Counted from the first letter of the stretch, positions 8,004-16,170 are shown. The stretch: DNA of 22,967 bases from Pseudomonadota bacterium (GCA_031416315.1 JANOTL010000180.1:1-22967), one strand, 5' to 3'. Notes: generated by a model from the letters alone, not told the origin. Made by a program: numbers and translations.

Positions 8004-8858
8004 CTACTGCCGCGCCTCGAACCCCGCGGAGTCGCGCCCGCGGTCCGGAGCAAAGACCGGATTCACCCCGACGCCCGGCTTCAGATCGACGGCCGCCTGG
8101 TTCGACCCGTCCATGTAGAAAGGCACCGATTGATGCTCGTGCGTGATCTTCCAAGAGCCTTCGATCTTCTTCAGGCCGAGCGTCGTGCGGAACCAAAGGT
8201 CGGCCGCCCCGCCGTCCGTCCTCCGGCCTGCCATGTGCTCCAGGGCCGTAACGAAGGCGACGTCGCCGCAGGCGGTGATCTTCGGATCGCGCGTCTCCCA
8301 CTGGATCATCCCGTCCCAGCTCTTGAACCACTTGTTGAGCGCGACACCGACGTCGTCGTCCATGATCAGGGGCGGTGCCAGCGTGAACTCCACCGGATTG
8401 GCGGCATGCTGCTTCGCCACGAGACGCGCGTCTTTGACCTGCAAGGCTTCCTTGCGCTGCTCGAGCAGCGCCATGATCGCTTCTTCGGGCGCTTGCGCGG
8501 ACGTCTCTTCGGGGAGCGCGCCCTGTGGCAAGCCGAAGAACACCTCGATGGAGCGGATTTGGTCGCCCACGAATTGGAAGCGCTCGATGTTTCGGAAGGT
8601 CGTACCGTCCTTCGACCGGCCCTCGTAGTGCACGATCGCATCCTCGCCCTCGGCTAGGATCAACGTCAGCTCGTGGCGCTCGAAAGATCCGGCAAGGGAC
8701 CAGCAGCGCTCGAAATACGCGGAGCGGTCGATGCGCTCGTCGGTCGGGCTCGTGAAGGTGAATTCCGGACTGAGGAGACCCTCGATCGTCCCGCGATCGG
8801 CCGTTTTGTACGTCTCGAGATAGCGACGGATGAGACTCTTTCTATCGACGATCGGCAT
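8004..8858 (-). CDS. Tandem SnoaL/NTF2-like domain protein
   Basis: Domain 1: FTFTSPTDERIDRSAYFERCW...FRNIERF..IRSIEVFFG. Domain 2: GDVAFV...LWFRTTLGLKKIEGSWKITHEHQSVPFYMDGS. GGGGAG SD before the ATG at 8858. Confidence 0.88.
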   Translation of the reverse strand: MPIVDRKSLIRRYLETYKTADRGTIEGLLSPEFTFTSPTDERIDRSAYFERCWSLAGSFERHELTLILAEGEDAIVHYEGRSKDGTTFRNIERFQFVGDQIRSIEVFFGLPQGALPEETSAQAPEEAIMALLEQRKEALQVKDARLVAKQHAANPVEFTLAPPLIMDDDVGVALNKWFKSWDGMIQWETRDPKITACGDVAFVTALEHMAGRRTDGGAADLWFRTTLGLKKIEGSWKITHEHQSVPFYMDGSNQAAVDLKPGVGVNPVFAPDRGRDSAGFEARQ

Positions 8859-8972
8859 GGCCTGTCTCCCCAGTGATACAACTCCTGTCTTGCCCGAGGC
8901 ATCGTGCAAATTTCAGTCCTCGGAAAAGGACATCTGCTGCATACTCGGCCGATGAGCTCGAAACCCTCGTTC

Positions 8973-10190
8973 ATGCGTCTGACGTTTCTTCCGGTCCTGG
9001 TCGCGCTTTCAGCGTGCACCGAGATTCGCGCCTCTTTGGTCACGGCCGCCTCGGACTTCGAGCCGAAGACGGCCGGCGAGGCGCCCGACGCCTTGACGCC
9101 CGAGTTCGACGGCGCCGACGCGCAAAGGCAGCGCTTGCCCGCCACCTTGCGGCTAGTCGCCTCCGGCTTGAAGGGTCCGACCGACATTCAACCCGTGCCC
9201 GGTGAGCCCGGCTTCCTCCTCGTGCTCGGGAAAAACGGCGAGGCGCACCTCGTCGAGATCGCGACCGGCGCTAAGAAGAAGTTGTTTACTCACGCGGTGG
9301 CGACCGAGTCCGAGCAAGGCCTCCTCGGCCTGGCTTTTCACCCCCGTTTCACCGAGAATCGCCGCTTCTTCCTGAATTACACGCCGGCGGACGGCGCGCG
9401 CCGGAACCGCGTCGCCGAGTGGCGCTGGCCGAAGGGCGAGACGCCGCGCGAAGTGAAGGTCCTCCTCGACGTCTTGGATCCGTACCCGAACCACAACGGC
9501 GGGCAGCTCGCCTTCGGCCCCGACGGCCACCTGTACGTCGGCGAGGGCGACGGCGGTTGGATGAACGACCCGGGCGGCACCGGCCAGGACCTAAGCGAGC
9601 TTCTGGGCTCGATGCTCCGCTTGGACGTCGATCGCGGCGCGACCAAGAGCCGCCCTTACGGGATCCCACGGGACAATCCATTCGTCGGGAAGAAGGGCAT
9701 GCGCGCGGAGATTTGGGCCTACGGGCTGCGAAATCCGTGGCGCTATTCGTTCACGCGCGCAGGCCGCCTCGTCGTCGGCGACGTCGGTCAAAGCGCCGAG
9801 GAAGAGATCACCTACCTCGAAAAGGGCGACAACGCCGGCTGGGACCGTGTCGAAGGCACGGCCTGCCACGAGCCGGCCGAGGGCTGCGACCGGAAGGGGC
9901 TCAGGCGGCCGATCGTCACCTACGGGCGCGACGACGGCTTCTCGATCACCGGCGGCTACGAGGTGCTCGCCGCGTCGCCGCCTAAACTGAAGGGACTTTA
10001 CGTTTTCGGCGACTACGCTATGGGTAGGATCTGGGCGATGCGCCTGCCCGAGGGCGACGGCACGGTCGAGCGCCGCGCGCTTCTGAGCTTGGGTCGCTTC
10101 AGGGCCGCCATCTCGACCTTCGGCCGCGACGGCGAAGGACGCGTCTACGTCGGCGCTTTCGATCTTGGCGCGATCTATCGCCTGGAATGA
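8973..10190 (+). CDS. PQQ-dependent sugar dehydrogenase (GdhB/sorbosone dehydrogenase family), lipoprotein
   Basis: EQGLLGLAFHP, NHNGGQLAFGPDGHLYV..GDGG, PYGIPRDNPF, EIWAYGLRNPWR, SITGG. Lipobox LSAC. Alternative start at 8952. Confidence 0.92.
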   Translation: MRLTFLPVLVALSACTEIRASLVTAASDFEPKTAGEAPDALTPEFDGADAQRQRLPATLRLVASGLKGPTDIQPVPGEPGFLLVLGKNGEAHLVEIATGAKKKLFTHAVATESEQGLLGLAFHPRFTENRRFFLNYTPADGARRNRVAEWRWPKGETPREVKVLLDVLDPYPNHNGGQLAFGPDGHLYVGEGDGGWMNDPGGTGQDLSELLGSMLRLDVDRGATKSRPYGIPRDNPFVGKKGMRAEIWAYGLRNPWRYSFTRAGRLVVGDVGQSAEEEITYLEKGDNAGWDRVEGTACHEPAEGCDRKGLRRPIVTYGRDDGFSITGGYEVLAASPPKLKGLYVFGDYAMGRIWAMRLPEGDGTVERRALLSLGRFRAAISTFGRDGEGRVYVGAFDLGAIYRLE

Positions 10191-10246
10191 CGGAGTGTCG
10201 CGGAGAAGATGCAATGCGCCCGCGGATTTGCTCAGTGGTTTCCGCT

Positions 10247-10262
10247 AGGCACGGGCCTTGCT
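10247..10262 (+). promoter_or_regulatory. Sigma-54 (-24/-12) promoter
   Basis: AGGCACGGGCCTTGCT is GG-N10-GC and matches TGGCACG-N4-TTGCW. About 37 bp upstream of the RRM gene. Confidence 0.72.
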
Positions 10263-10298
10263 AGGGGTTGCCGGTTCGCAACCCATCGAGGACTTCGC

Positions 10299-10610
10299 AT
10301 GCTTTCCAGACTTCAGGTCACCAACCTGCCCCCGACGATGTCGAAAGCCGAGTTGAAACAGCTGTTCGAGAGCCACGGGCAGGTCAGCGCCGTCTCGCTG
10401 GTGGCGCACGCGAAGCCGCTCGGCGCGGCGCAAGTCATCATGAAGCACCTTGACGACGCCACGGCCTGCGTCGCCGGCCTCGACGGCACCGAAGTGGAGG
10501 GCCACGCCGTCCGCGTGCAGCTTTGCCGCACGCGGATCGTCGCGCCCGTGCCGCGGCTCGGAGGCCAGGGCTGCGCGGTCGGCGAAGTCGCCGTCAAGCG
10601 CAAGCACTGA
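10299..10610 (+). CDS. RRM (RNA recognition motif) domain protein, degenerate
   Basis: RLQVTNLPP...ELKQLFESHGQV..V...A..CVAGLDGTEVEGHAVRV follows the RRM pattern. GAGGA SD before the ATG at 10299. Confidence 0.82.
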   Translation: MLSRLQVTNLPPTMSKAELKQLFESHGQVSAVSLVAHAKPLGAAQVIMKHLDDATACVAGLDGTEVEGHAVRVQLCRTRIVAPVPRLGGQGCAVGEVAVKRKH

Positions 10611-10625
10611 CAGGATCCTAGCGCT

Positions 10626-11237
10626 CTACCACTGATACGTCCAAGCGAGGCCGGGCGCATATTGGTCGCGGGCCGCGGCGCCGCTCTCGCTTTGGTCCTC
10701 TTTCCAGCGCTCGTAGCGTTGTTGCTTCGCCTCGCCGCGGTTCAAGAGCACGAAGCCCGGGATGAAGGCTAGGGCGCCGACGCCGACGACCAGCATCGGG
10801 CCGACCGAAGCGCCGTCGGAAAGGGCCGACTTCTTGCTCTTGACCAACATCACCACGCCCGCGATGCCGAGGACGGCGCCGGTGCCGAGGACGATCATGC
10901 CCCAGCGCTTGTCGCTCTTGCCTTCCGGCGGCGGCTTCGAGGACACCGGCTCGTCGCCGTCGGTCACGACCGGCGGCTCCACCTCGGCCGCATCGGCGTC
11001 GGCCTCAGAGCCCGAGCCGGAGCCCGCGGGCTCCGCCGCCGGAGTCTCCGCCGCCGGGGCGCTCTTCTTCGGCGCAGCCTTGGGCGCGGCCTTGGGTGCA
11101 GCTTTCGGGGCGGCCTTAGGCGCAGCTTTCGGGGCGGCCTTGGCGTCTGCTCCGAGCGCGACGTTGCCGTAGGTCAAAGGCGCCAGGAACGTCGCCAGCG
11201 AAAGCATCCACGTCCAAATACACCGCGACTTCTGCAT
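10626..11237 (-). CDS. Exported/membrane hypothetical protein with (KAAP)6 linker and two C-terminal TM helices
   Basis: AGGAGG SD, signal-peptide-like N-terminus, low-complexity linker, two Gly-rich TM helices, C-terminal PGLAWTYQW. Confidence 0.78.
   Translation of the reverse strand: MQKSRCIWTWMLSLATFLAPLTYGNVALGADAKAAPKAAPKAAPKAAPKAAPKAAPKKSAPAAETPAAEPAGSGSGSEADADAAEVEPPVVTDGDEPVSSKPPPEGKSDKRWGMIVLGTGAVLGIAGVVMLVKSKKSALSDGASVGPMLVVGVGALAFIPGFVLLNRGEAKQQRYERWKEDQSESGAAARDQYAPGLAWTYQW
11071..11142 (-). repeat. 12-bp degenerate coding tandem repeat encoding (KAAP)x6
   Basis: Six KAAP units in the translation, with varied third codon positions. Confidence 0.8.
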
Positions 11238-11360
11238 GGGGGCCGATCCTCCTGTGGGGCTCATCCCGAGATTATACCCGAGGGCCGCCATCGATGCGAC
11301 GAGTGCGGTATCGTAAGCTGGCGTGGCATATCGTGAAGCCGCCTTGTCTTGGAGTTGGCG

Positions 11361-11756
11361 ATGTTCCGGCTGGCAAAATCCCTAAGGCAGCGGCTGGAAG
11401 TCGCGATCGCGCGCATGGCGGCGGCCGAGCCCATCGTCAAGGACCTCGCCGACGGCTTGCTCGAGGGACTGGGCGAGCGTGCTTTCGGCAACCTATGGAC
11501 GCGCTTGTTTACCTTGTCCTCGACCGGTGCGCGGCTGTTCGTCATCGAGTTTTTGCGCTCCACCGTCGACGGCTCGATCGTCGGCGTGCGCGCAGCGGCG
11601 GTCCCTGCCGCCGCGGCCGGCTCGGACCACGTCGACGCTGCGGAGCTGGTCGCCGCGCTCGAGCGACTGCGGCCGCGCCTCCAGGAATTCGCGTCGTCTC
11701 ATGAGATCCCGGCCGCCGAAAACGTCGAAAACCGCGGGAATTCAGCACCCGCCTGA
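11361..11756 (+). CDS. Hypothetical protein (mostly alpha-helical)
   Basis: GGAG SD before the ATG at 11361 and GC-rich third positions. No recognised family. Confidence 0.6.
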   Translation: MFRLAKSLRQRLEVAIARMAAAEPIVKDLADGLLEGLGERAFGNLWTRLFTLSSTGARLFVIEFLRSTVDGSIVGVRAAAVPAAAAGSDHVDAAELVAALERLRPRLQEFASSHEIPAAENVENRGNSAPA

Positions 11757-11932
11757 TTGCATTGCCACGCTTGCGGCGTTATGTTGGGCGAGGTGGCGGA
11801 GCCTCTTCGGAGCGGGAAAGTTTCCCTTGCCGACGTTCGGAAACTCCCAGCAGACGCTTTTCAGCATGATCTGAGTCGCCATAGAGAATCGGCACAAGCC
11901 GCGGTCGCAATTGCGGCGCACGGCGCAAATGG

Positions 11933-11971
11933 ACGAGGCACGCGGACGGTTCCGCGTGCCTCGTACCTTTT
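11933..11971 (+). terminator. Intrinsic terminator-like hairpin
   Basis: Perfect 14-bp stem ACGAGGCACGCGGA/TCCGCGTGCCTCGT with a 4-nt loop, then ACCTTTT. Confidence 0.65.
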
Positions 11972-12329
11972 GAGCTTCGGCAAACGCCACGCGCGCTTTC
12001 CCGAGTCGCCGGCGTCGCGGCATTGTTGCTGTCGCACGAGCCGGCGATGGCCGCCGGGTCCACTGCCTCGAGCTAAGGAGTTCGGGACTTGGATGAGTAC
12101 ACAAGATTGCCAGCCAAAGACTGAAAGAAAAATCCGAAATCTTATTAAATTTTTCAATAAAAACATGTTGATACCGACACCCAATTCATACACGTAATCC
12201 GCCTCAAGATTTCGAGCTTCACACCGATCTTGGTCTTGTTGGGGGCAGCGCCCAGGGCGAGGCGATCGACGTCCGACTGTGAGCCGATGAATCCCGGCGG
12301 CTTCATGACCGCCATTTGGAGGAAACGTG

Positions 12330-13331
12330 ATGCAACGGAATTTTGGCGCGAGCCTTGGGCTCGTTTGCATGAGCGCGATCGCGATGGGCCTTTCGGCCTG
12401 CGGCGCGCCGGAGCAAGCGGTCGAAAGTCGGCGCACCTCGAAGAAGGCAGAGGCCGTCTTCCTTTTGGTCGGCGGCGACGGCGTCGAAGTGCTGGGCGAG
12501 GTTCCGACGGTCCCGGTGGCAGAGGGGGAGCCCTTGCCGGTGATTCCGAGCGCAGAAGAGGAGGCACCGTCTTCGAGTCCGACTCCTGCTGCGGTCGACC
12601 CGCAGCCGAGTCCCGAAGCGCCGTCGGCGAGTCCGACTCCCGAAGCGGTCGAGCCGCCGCCGCCGAGTCCCGAGGCCTCGGCTCCGAGCCCGACGCCGGA
12701 AGTTTTAGGACCCCTGCCGGCTCCCGCTGCTCCGGCGCCGGCGCCCGCCCCGAATCCCGAGGTCCCTGCGACCAGCCCTGCCCCGACTCCGGCTCCCACT
12801 TCCACATCCACTTCCACTCCAATACCGTCTCCCATGCCTTCCCCTTCCCCGACGCTGCCTCCCGAGTCCCCGCTCCCCGCGCATGATCCCGACCTCGCCG
12901 ACTGCGCCCGCCGCCACGGCGTCGGCCGCGACCGCATCATGGTCGTCTCGTCGACGACCGCGATGCAGATCACGGGCGACGATCGCGTCGTCGCCATCAA
13001 GCTCGTCGGCAACCAGTCGCGCCTCGATCTCGTGATCGCGGCGCAGAATCCTCGCGCCGGCGGCCGGCTCGCGGGTCTTTGCATCTTCCTCGCCGGCAAT
13101 CAGTCGCGGATCGAGGTCGACGCTCGGATCGACATCGGGATGCTCTATTACAAAGGCCGCGGCAATCTCAGTGCCGGTCTGTTCCGCGTCGCCGCAGGCG
13201 CCACGCTGGACACCTTGGACGTCGACCTCGCCGGCAATCAGGCGAGCCTCGACCTTCTCGGCGACGGAGACCATCCTTGCGACGACGTGCGCCTCAAAGG
13301 CCACGCGACTCGATTCGGCTGCAAGCCGTAA
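12330..13331 (+). CDS. Lipoprotein with Pro/Ser/Thr-rich stalk and C-terminal GNQS-repeat (putative beta-solenoid) domain
   Basis: GGAGG SD (GTG 12327 or ATG 12330). Lipobox LSAC. About 110-aa Pro-rich linker. Repeats VGNQS, AGNQS, RGNLS, AGNQA, KGHAT. Confidence 0.85.
   Translation: MQRNFGASLGLVCMSAIAMGLSACGAPEQAVESRRTSKKAEAVFLLVGGDGVEVLGEVPTVPVAEGEPLPVIPSAEEEAPSSSPTPAAVDPQPSPEAPSASPTPEAVEPPPPSPEASAPSPTPEVLGPLPAPAAPAPAPAPNPEVPATSPAPTPAPTSTSTSTPIPSPMPSPSPTLPPESPLPAHDPDLADCARRHGVGRDRIMVVSSTTAMQITGDDRVVAIKLVGNQSRLDLVIAAQNPRAGGRLAGLCIFLAGNQSRIEVDARIDIGMLYYKGRGNLSAGLFRVAAGATLDTLDVDLAGNQASLDLLGDGDHPCDDVRLKGHATRFGCKP
12573..12702 (+). repeat. Imperfect coding repeat (about 54-57 bp unit) in the Pro-rich stalk
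   Basis: SPTPAAVDPQPSPEAPSA / SPTPEAVEPPPPSPEASAP / SPTPEV, with repeated GAGTCCGACTCC and CCGAGTCCCGA at DNA level. Confidence 0.7.
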
Positions 13332-13345
13332 CTGATCCCTAGTTT

Positions 13346-13383
13346 GGTCCGGTCGTCCGTTCGCGGGCGGCCGGATCCTTTTT
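13346..13383 (+). terminator. Intrinsic terminator downstream of the lipoprotein gene
   Basis: GGTCCGGTCGTCCG-TTCG-CGGGCGGCCGGATC forms a 14-bp stem with G-U pairs and a UUCG loop, followed by CTTTTT. Confidence 0.8.
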
Positions 13384-13399
13384 CAGTTTACGGGCAAAT

Positions 13400-15064
13400 T
13401 TACGGGCAGCGCTTCCACTCGAGCCCCATCGCCTCGATCTGCCCGTCGATCGAGTCGACCGCCGCGAGCGACTCGCGCCTGAGCTTCATCTCGGTGTCGA
13501 TCACGAGCCGATGACGGGTCGCGTTGCAGGGGGACCAACGGCCATTGCCGTTCCCGCGCAGCTCCGCGCGCGTCTGGAAATCGCCGCTGAAGGGACCGCG
13601 AATCCGGGTGTGACCCTGTGCCGAGCGCCCATTGCCGTTCAAGGCGACGCGCGTGCGCACGTCGACGGATGCGTTGACGGTCGCGACCGAGGCGAACCCG
13701 CGCGTGTCGACGCTTACGACCGAGAACGCCCAGCCGGCGGGCACGTCGATCGTCGCCTCGGCGACGCAGCTAGCCGCGACCGCGTTGCCGCTGTTGGCCT
13801 GGCCTTCGACGAGGAAGCTGTCGAACAGGAGCGTGAAGGCGAGGTTGTCGGGCGCCACGTTGAGCGCCGTCGTGCCCTGCGGGCAGCCCGAGCCGGAATG
13901 CGTCAGGCTGAACAAGAGGACGCTACCGGGCGGAGGTGCGAGCGTCGTAGCATTTGCCGACACAGCGCTGATGCCGGCGACGATCGTCAGCGCGGCGGCG
14001 ATGCCGAGGCGCAAAGGGCGCGGCAGAGGCTGGGCGCGCGTGCGCTCGCTCTCGCCGGGCGAGGTCCCGTTCGAGGCGGTGGCGAGCGGCGCCGTCGGCT
14101 GGAGAAGTTTACGTTCCACTAAAAGTCGCTCCCGGAACAAGATGTCCCATTCTTCGAAGGCCAGCTGGGTTTCTCGCATGAGTGTCTCGACCTTGGCAAG
14201 CTGGGCGCGCCCGTTTGCCGGTGATTTCCAGATGGCGAGCAGAAGATCCTCGATCTCATTCGCCTCTTTCGTCCAGGTCAGGTGTGCCTTCGTGAAGGTC
14301 AAGAATTCGGTCAGGATGGCGCGGACGCGGATCGTGTCACGCTCTTTTCCCCGGATGATCAGATCCGCGGGGTGGAGGGTGACGCTCAGCTGCGGCGAGA
14401 CGAGCTCCGTCAGCTCCGAAGAAATCAAGCTGTGCAGCGTCGCCCCCGAAAACGTCGTGAGAATCTTCGTGGGCAAGCGGATCATCCAGCTGGCCTGCTT
14501 GGCGACCGTAGGGATTCCGTGGTCGGCAAGCGCGCGGCGAATCTGCGCGACGATCTCGAGGTAGTCGTGTCGATCGATGATCATCGGCACGTGCTGGCTC
14601 GTCCACCGCTTCACCAGATCCTGAATTTTCAGCACGGGGACGAGCAAGGTCATCAGGATGAGGGTTATGGCGAGCCCGAAGGTGTAGGGATAGCCTTTCA
14701 GAATGGTCTTTGCGATGGCTGCCGTGCCTTTCGGGTGCTCAGCCTTCTCGGTCAGGAAAAGCGAGGCGAAGCCGATCGCCCCCGGAATGACGAGCGCGGC
14801 CACGAGCATCCCGATGCGGATCTCGTCCTCGAAGCCGCTGTCCGGAATCGCAAACGCGAGCATGAAGGTGCCGAAGCGAGGCAACGCGATCCCGATCAGA
14901 GCGATGAGCCAAAGGACCGAGCCGAAAGAAATCCCGGACAGCAAATATTGCCGCTTTTCGGGGACTTTTCCGAACAGCATGGTGGTGGCCCAGCCGAACA
15001 CGGTATTGAGAATCTTCCCACCCTGCTTCGCCAGCAACGCGATAAGTGCTTGAATGAACGGCAT
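13400..15064 (-). CDS. Multi-TM hypothetical membrane protein fused to a C-terminal DUF4360-like secreted domain
   Basis: N-terminal part: GKILNTVFGWATTMLFG plus several TM helices. C-terminal part, after a signal-like segment: SGSGCPQGT...APDNLAFTLLFDSF...C...IDVPAGW.FSV..VD.RGF...WSPC...W.RC (DUF4360 pattern). GAGGG SD before the ATG at 15064. Confidence 0.8.
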   Translation of the reverse strand: MPFIQALIALLAKQGGKILNTVFGWATTMLFGKVPEKRQYLLSGISFGSVLWLIALIGIALPRFGTFMLAFAIPDSGFEDEIRIGMLVAALVIPGAIGFASLFLTEKAEHPKGTAAIAKTILKGYPYTFGLAITLILMTLLVPVLKIQDLVKRWTSQHVPMIIDRHDYLEIVAQIRRALADHGIPTVAKQASWMIRLPTKILTTFSGATLHSLISSELTELVSPQLSVTLHPADLIIRGKERDTIRVRAILTEFLTFTKAHLTWTKEANEIEDLLLAIWKSPANGRAQLAKVETLMRETQLAFEEWDILFRERLLVERKLLQPTAPLATASNGTSPGESERTRAQPLPRPLRLGIAAALTIVAGISAVSANATTLAPPPGSVLLFSLTHSGSGCPQGTTALNVAPDNLAFTLLFDSFLVEGQANSGNAVAASCVAEATIDVPAGWAFSVVSVDTRGFASVATVNASVDVRTRVALNGNGRSAQGHTRIRGPFSGDFQTRAELRGNGNGRWSPCNATRHRLVIDTEMKLRRESLAAVDSIDGQIEAMGLEWKRCP

Positions 15065-15102
15065 GTTTCGCCCTCTCAGAGTTCCCGTCCGCCGTATCGG
15101 AA

Positions 15103-15118
15103 TGCAACGCGCGTGCCG
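15103..15118 (-). promoter_or_regulatory. Sigma-54 (-24/-12) promoter
   Basis: Minus strand CGGCACGCGCGTTGCA (GG-N10-GC), about 39 bp upstream of the ATG at 15064. Confidence 0.72.
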
Positions 15119-15185
15119 GACGCAGACTGTGAGCCGTTCTGACGTTCCATTCCGCGTGGACAGTAGGCACCCGCTGGAGGAACTC

Positions 15186-15776
15186 ATGAAATCCCATCTC
15201 TTCGGACTCGTCATCCTCTTCGGCTCGCTCCTCGGCACGTCGGCGGCGCGCGCCGATCCGCCGCCGGCGAATCATCATCACTGGCGCAACACGAGCTACG
15301 CGAACCATTACGTTCTATATGACGCCGCCTCGCGCCAGTGGGTCGAGACGATCGACTGTAAGATCTACTACCGGTTCAACTTGGTCCGAAACGAGATGAA
15401 CGTCCTGACGCTCAACGATCCCACGCGCAACATGACCATCCGCCTCGACTACTCCGGCATGCACCTGAAACCAGCGGGCGCCGCAGATTTCAGCTTCTAT
15501 CAAGCCGGTACCTTCGACACCCGCGAAGAGTTCCAGCACTTCGACGCGAACGGCGCCTTCACGGGGGCGATCACCAAGCTCCACGCCTGCGAGTTCGTCG
15601 AATACCTCGCCGGCGCCAGCTCGCCGTCTTACCGCTTTTACCTCGCGAACAACGACGGCGGCGCGGTCGAGCTCTACGACGGCAGCCGAAACTTGTGGGT
15701 CAAGCTCGATCAGAGCCGGATGCATCTACGTTTTGGCGGCGATGCGTATCAGTTCTACAAAAACGGTCGGTGGTGA
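15186..15776 (+). CDS. Secreted hypothetical protein with two tandem beta-rich domains
   Basis: GGAGG SD. Signal peptide ending ARA. Two halves share [WF]VE...YRF...L.D..RN....LD...MHL......FY..G.[FW]. Confidence 0.85.
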   Translation: MKSHLFGLVILFGSLLGTSAARADPPPANHHHWRNTSYANHYVLYDAASRQWVETIDCKIYYRFNLVRNEMNVLTLNDPTRNMTIRLDYSGMHLKPAGAADFSFYQAGTFDTREEFQHFDANGAFTGAITKLHACEFVEYLAGASSPSYRFYLANNDGGAVELYDGSRNLWVKLDQSRMHLRFGGDAYQFYKNGRW

Positions 15777-15783
15777 GGCGGGC

Positions 15784-16131
15784 TCAGTGCCCTAAGCTCT
15801 CACTCTCCCAAACCCGCAGCCGCGCATCGAGGCGCGCCAGGTCCTTGTCCAGCTCCAGGACCAGGGCCCGCGCGGCGATCTCGTCGTCCATAGCGTCGAG
15901 CTCGATCAGGTGCTGAGCCGCGACGTGATGCGCCAAGATGACTTCTTCGGACTCGCTCGGCGCGGACCGCTCCGAGAGCGCCGCGAAACGCGAGCGGACG
16001 GCTGCCTCGTCTCTCGCGACGATGGTCGCTTTTTCGGTCTCGACGACCTCGACGCGTCGCGCAACGGCGACGCCGCCGCCGATCAAGAGTGCGGCGCCAA
16101 GGGCGAGAGGGCCGAGAGATGTTGATTTCAT
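15784..16131 (-). CDS. Small exported helical hypothetical protein
   Basis: AAGGA SD before MKST. Hydrophobic N-terminus ending AVA. Coiled-coil-like C-terminus. Sigma-54 site upstream. Confidence 0.7.
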   Translation of the reverse strand: MKSTSLGPLALGAALLIGGGVAVARRVEVVETEKATIVARDEAAVRSRFAALSERSAPSESEEVILAHHVAAQHLIELDAMDDEIAARALVLELDKDLARLDARLRVWESESLGH

Positions 16132-16170
16132 GAGGGTCATTCCTTTCGCGGGCGAGAACGCGGGTAGGAA

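Noticed and set aside
11757..12197. 146-aa ORF beginning MHCHACG
   Set aside because: No SD, only one CxxC, and it runs through a terminator hairpin and an AT-rich regulatory patch.
11975..12326. Riboswitch (for example c-di-GMP) upstream of the lipoprotein gene
   Set aside because: An isolated GGCAAAC is present, but I could not find the rest of the aptamer consensus. An Infernal/Rfam scan would settle it.
11861..13099. 412-aa Gly-rich minus-strand ORF
   Set aside because: Antisense of the Pro-rich lipoprotein gene.
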